A DNA stretch of 64,000 nucleotides, taken from positions 125,623 to 189,622 of the forward strand of contig DLRM01000043.1 in the NCBI GenBank assembly GCA_002500505.1, written 5' to 3'. The notes under the pieces are model-generated. The model did not search any database. It had not been told where the DNA came from and worked only from the letters and a program-made list of their open reading frames with translations. This document shows, in pieces, positions 62,100-64,000 of this stretch. Position 1 is the stretch's first letter, and the number at the start of each line of letters is the position of its first letter. A program made the translations under genes and the position numbers. This DNA comes from Planctomycetes bacterium UBA7888. GTDB taxonomy: Bacteria; Planctomycetota; UBA1135.

Positions 62100-63281
62100 G
62101 TGGCAATGGACCCTTCCTTCCTCACCCAATCCGTCCACGCTGGCCGTGAAGACCTCTCCGAACTGGGCGTCCATGCTCCGCCCTTGGACTACTCCAGTAC
62201 CTATCCGATCCATGATTTAGAGCAAGGCATGGCCAGCATTGACGCCTTTGTCAAAGGGGAGGCTCGGGCAAAAAACCCGATTTACTCCCGCCTTTTCAAC
62301 CCAACTGTGAATCGCTGGGAACAAGCCGTTGCCCAACTTGAAGGCGCCGAGGCTGGATGTGTCGCTTTTTCCTCTGGCATGGCAGCCGCAACTGCAGCCC
62401 TTATGGCACTCCGGGTTTTATCCGTCGACGACGGTAAGCCGCGCACTCATGTCGTTGCCGTCCGCCCCCTCTATGGCGGAACCGACCACTTGCTCGCCAA
62501 TGGCCTCATGGGCCTCGAAGTCACTTGGGCTCAAGCTGATGAAATCGCTTCAGCCATTCGTGAAGACACGGGATTGATTTGGATTGAAACTCCCGCTAAC
62601 CCCACTCTTCAAGTCGTGGATATCGCCGCCGCCGCCAAAGCCGCTGGAGATATCCCCGTAATCGTAGACAACACTTTCTCCACCCCCATTCTTCAACGCC
62701 CTATCGAACACGGCGCCAGCCTGGTATTGCATAGCGCAACCAAGTTCCTTGGTGGGCACGGCGATGTCCTGGCAGGAGTCGTTGCCTGCAAAGATGAACA
62801 ATGGGCCATGGCCTTACGGCAAATTCGAATTGTGACCGGAGGAGTTTTGCACCCTCAAGCAGCATGGCTACTGCATCGCTCACTACCAACACTTCCACTT
62901 CGCGTACAACAAGCCCAAAGAAACGCTCAAGCCCTCGTTGCCTGGTTGCGTAGTCGTGACGGTATTGACCAAGTGTTCTACCCCGACAATTGCGAAGTCG
63001 CGAAGCGCCAAATGGACGGTCCTGGAGCTATTCTGGCTTTTGAAGTTCGAGGTGGGCATGATGCCGCCGCAAAGGTCATGAAAAAGGTGAAGCTCTGTAC
63101 TCCAGCCGTAAGTTTGGGTTCGACGGACACCTTGATTCAACACCCAGCTGGCTTAACTCACCGTATTGTCGAAGAACACGCCCGGAAAGAGTTCGGAATT
63201 ACGGAAGGGCTACTCCGTGTTTCTGCGGGAATTGAAAGTTCTGCCGACATCATTGCCGATTTAGAGCAAGCATTAAGCTGA
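62100..63281 (+). CDS. PLP-dependent Cys/Met-metabolism enzyme (methionine gamma-lyase / cystathionine gamma-synthase family)
   Basis: 393 aa. [12 protein letters not shown] (PLP-Lys), [24 protein letters not shown] 62100 or ATG 62106 as start. Confidence 0.85.
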   Translation: MAMDPSFLTQSVHAGREDLSELGVHAPPLDYSSTYPIHDLEQGMASIDAFVKGEARAKNPIYSRLFNPTVNRWEQAVAQLEGAEAGCVAFSSGMAAATAALMALRVLSVDDGKPRTHVVAVRPLYGGTDHLLANGLMGLEVTWAQADEIASAIREDTGLIWIETPANPTLQVVDIAAAAKAAGDIPVIVDNTFSTPILQRPIEHGASLVLHSATKFLGGHGDVLAGVVACKDEQWAMALRQIRIVTGGVLHPQAAWLLHRSLPTLPLRVQQAQRNAQALVAWLRSRDGIDQVFYPDNCEVAKRQMDGPGAILAFEVRGGHDAAAKVMKKVKLCTPAVSLGSTDTLIQHPAGLTHRIVEEHARKEFGITEGLLRVSAGIESSADIIADLEQALS

Positions 63282-64000
63282 GAAAAACTCCAAGGCTTCC
63301 GGATTCGCAAGAGCCTCGGTGTTCTTAACCGGCCTGCCGTGCAAAACATCGCGGACAGCAATTTCGGAAATTTTCCCAGAACGGGTTCGAGGGATATCGG
63401 GAACCGCACGAATTTCAGCAGGCACGTGGCGAGGGCTCGCACCTTCACGGATGCGTTTTCGGATTTGGGACTCAAGGGTATCGCAAAGTTCTTCCCCCTC
63501 TGACAGGCGCACAAACAATACCACCTCTTGATCTCCATCATGAGTGTTTCGGCCCACCACAATGGCTTCGGCTATCGCTGGGATTTGTTCAACTTGCCGA
63601 TAAATCTCAGCCGTGCCAATGCGGACTCCACCTGGATTTAAAGTTGCATCAGAACGACCATAAATCGTAAGACCGCCATTTCCTGAAAGCTGAACCCAAT
63701 CGCCATGCCGCCAAATACCCGGATAGTGGTCAAAATAAGCTGCGTGGTACTTGTCACCGCCCTCATCTTTCCAAAATCCAGTTGGCATGGAAGGGAAGGG
63801 AGCGGTGCAAACCAACTCGCCTTGCTCCTCCACCAAAGCCTGGCCCTGATCATCCCAAACTTCCACTGCCATCCCGAGACCGCGACACTGCAACTCGCCC
63901 CGACGCACTGGAAGGATGGGGTTTCCCAAAGCAAAACAGGAAATCAAATCGGTGCCTCCCGAAATGCTGGCAATCTGCACTCCTGGCACATTTTCGGTTA
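63273..64000 (-). CDS. Acetoacetyl-CoA synthetase (acetoacetate--CoA ligase), C-terminal part; N-terminus beyond the window end
   Basis: ...[47 protein letters not shown] and [10 protein letters not shown] are AMP-forming ligase C-terminal motifs in the AACS arrangement. The frame remains open to position 64000. Convergent 9-nt overlap with the PLP-enzyme gene. Confidence 0.85.
   Translation of the reverse strand, partial: TENVPGVQIASISGGTDLISCFALGNPILPVRRGELQCRGLGMAVEVWDDQGQALVEEQGELVCTAPFPSMPTGFWKDEGGDKYHAAYFDHYPGIWRHGDWVQLSGNGGLTIYGRSDATLNPGGVRIGTAEIYRQVEQIPAIAEAIVVGRNTHDGDQEVVLFVRLSEGEELCDTLESQIRKRIREGASPRHVPAEIRAVPDIPRTRSGKISEIAVRDVLHGRPVKNTEALANPEALEFFSA

Noticed and set aside
1-64000. 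Search for CRISPR arrays, transposases, integrases, toxin-antitoxin pairs, restriction-modification or other defence modules, prophage genes, and rRNA/tRNA genes
   Set aside because: None was recognised. There are no regularly spaced direct repeats. No ORF has recombinase, nuclease, helicase or reverse-transcriptase motifs. Apart from the 339-bp gap discussed in findings, no intergenic gap is large enough for such an element.

Overview
This is a gene-dense 64 kb chromosomal segment with about 57 CDS, roughly 96% coding by my hand tally, using standard code 11 (TAA, TAG and TGA all act as stops). I recognised no rRNA, tRNA, CRISPR array, transposase, integrase, phage gene or known defence gene, so it reads as core chromosome rather than an island.

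Two kinds of content are interleaved.

(1) Well-recognisable housekeeping and metabolic genes:
- Individual genes: grxC, ychF, an ALDH7-type dehydrogenase, xth, nadA, rsmJ, deoA, folE plus a PTPS-type pterin synthase, a ctpA-like S41 peptidase, tsaD, larB, carA, pepP with a NatAB-like ABC exporter, and an OppABC-like importer without ATPase genes.
- A long minus-strand block of acyl-CoA and ketone-body metabolism: lrp, ppsA, thiolase, hbd, two acyl-CoA dehydrogenases, meaB and a stand-alone B12-binding mutase subunit. It is flanked by an acetoacetyl-CoA synthetase fragment at the right edge; an HMG-CoA-lyase-like fragment sits at the far left window edge.

(2) Many secreted or lipoprotein genes with adhesion-type or eukaryote-like domains:
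- An S8 protease, a BNR/Asp-box propeller, an FG-GAP protein, a double C-type-lectin plus thrombospondin-type-3-repeat protein, a HEAT protein and an FGE/SUMF1-domain protein.
- A transglutaminase-like lipoprotein, a possible PL26-like 889-aa lipoprotein, and three HExxH/DUF1570-like paralogues.
- This flavour, together with a GspG-like pseudopilin, is loosely reminiscent of PVC-group or other marine particle- or host-associated bacteria. That taxonomic guess is low confidence.

I did not find a self-evident new multi-gene system such as a defence, mobile or secretion machine. The most interesting unexplained signals are:
- (a) A ~110-aa terminal module shared by four unrelated secreted proteins.
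- (b) A trio of DUF1570-like paralogues, one of which has lost the HExxH motif.
- (c) A 339-bp intergenic region with three consecutive terminator-like hairpins on the minus strand, possibly enclosing a small RNA.
- (d) A bacterial C-type lectin with intact EPN/WND sugar-binding motifs.
- (e) Several unusual operon arrangements.

All functional calls come from motif recognition in the supplied translations. No database search was run.
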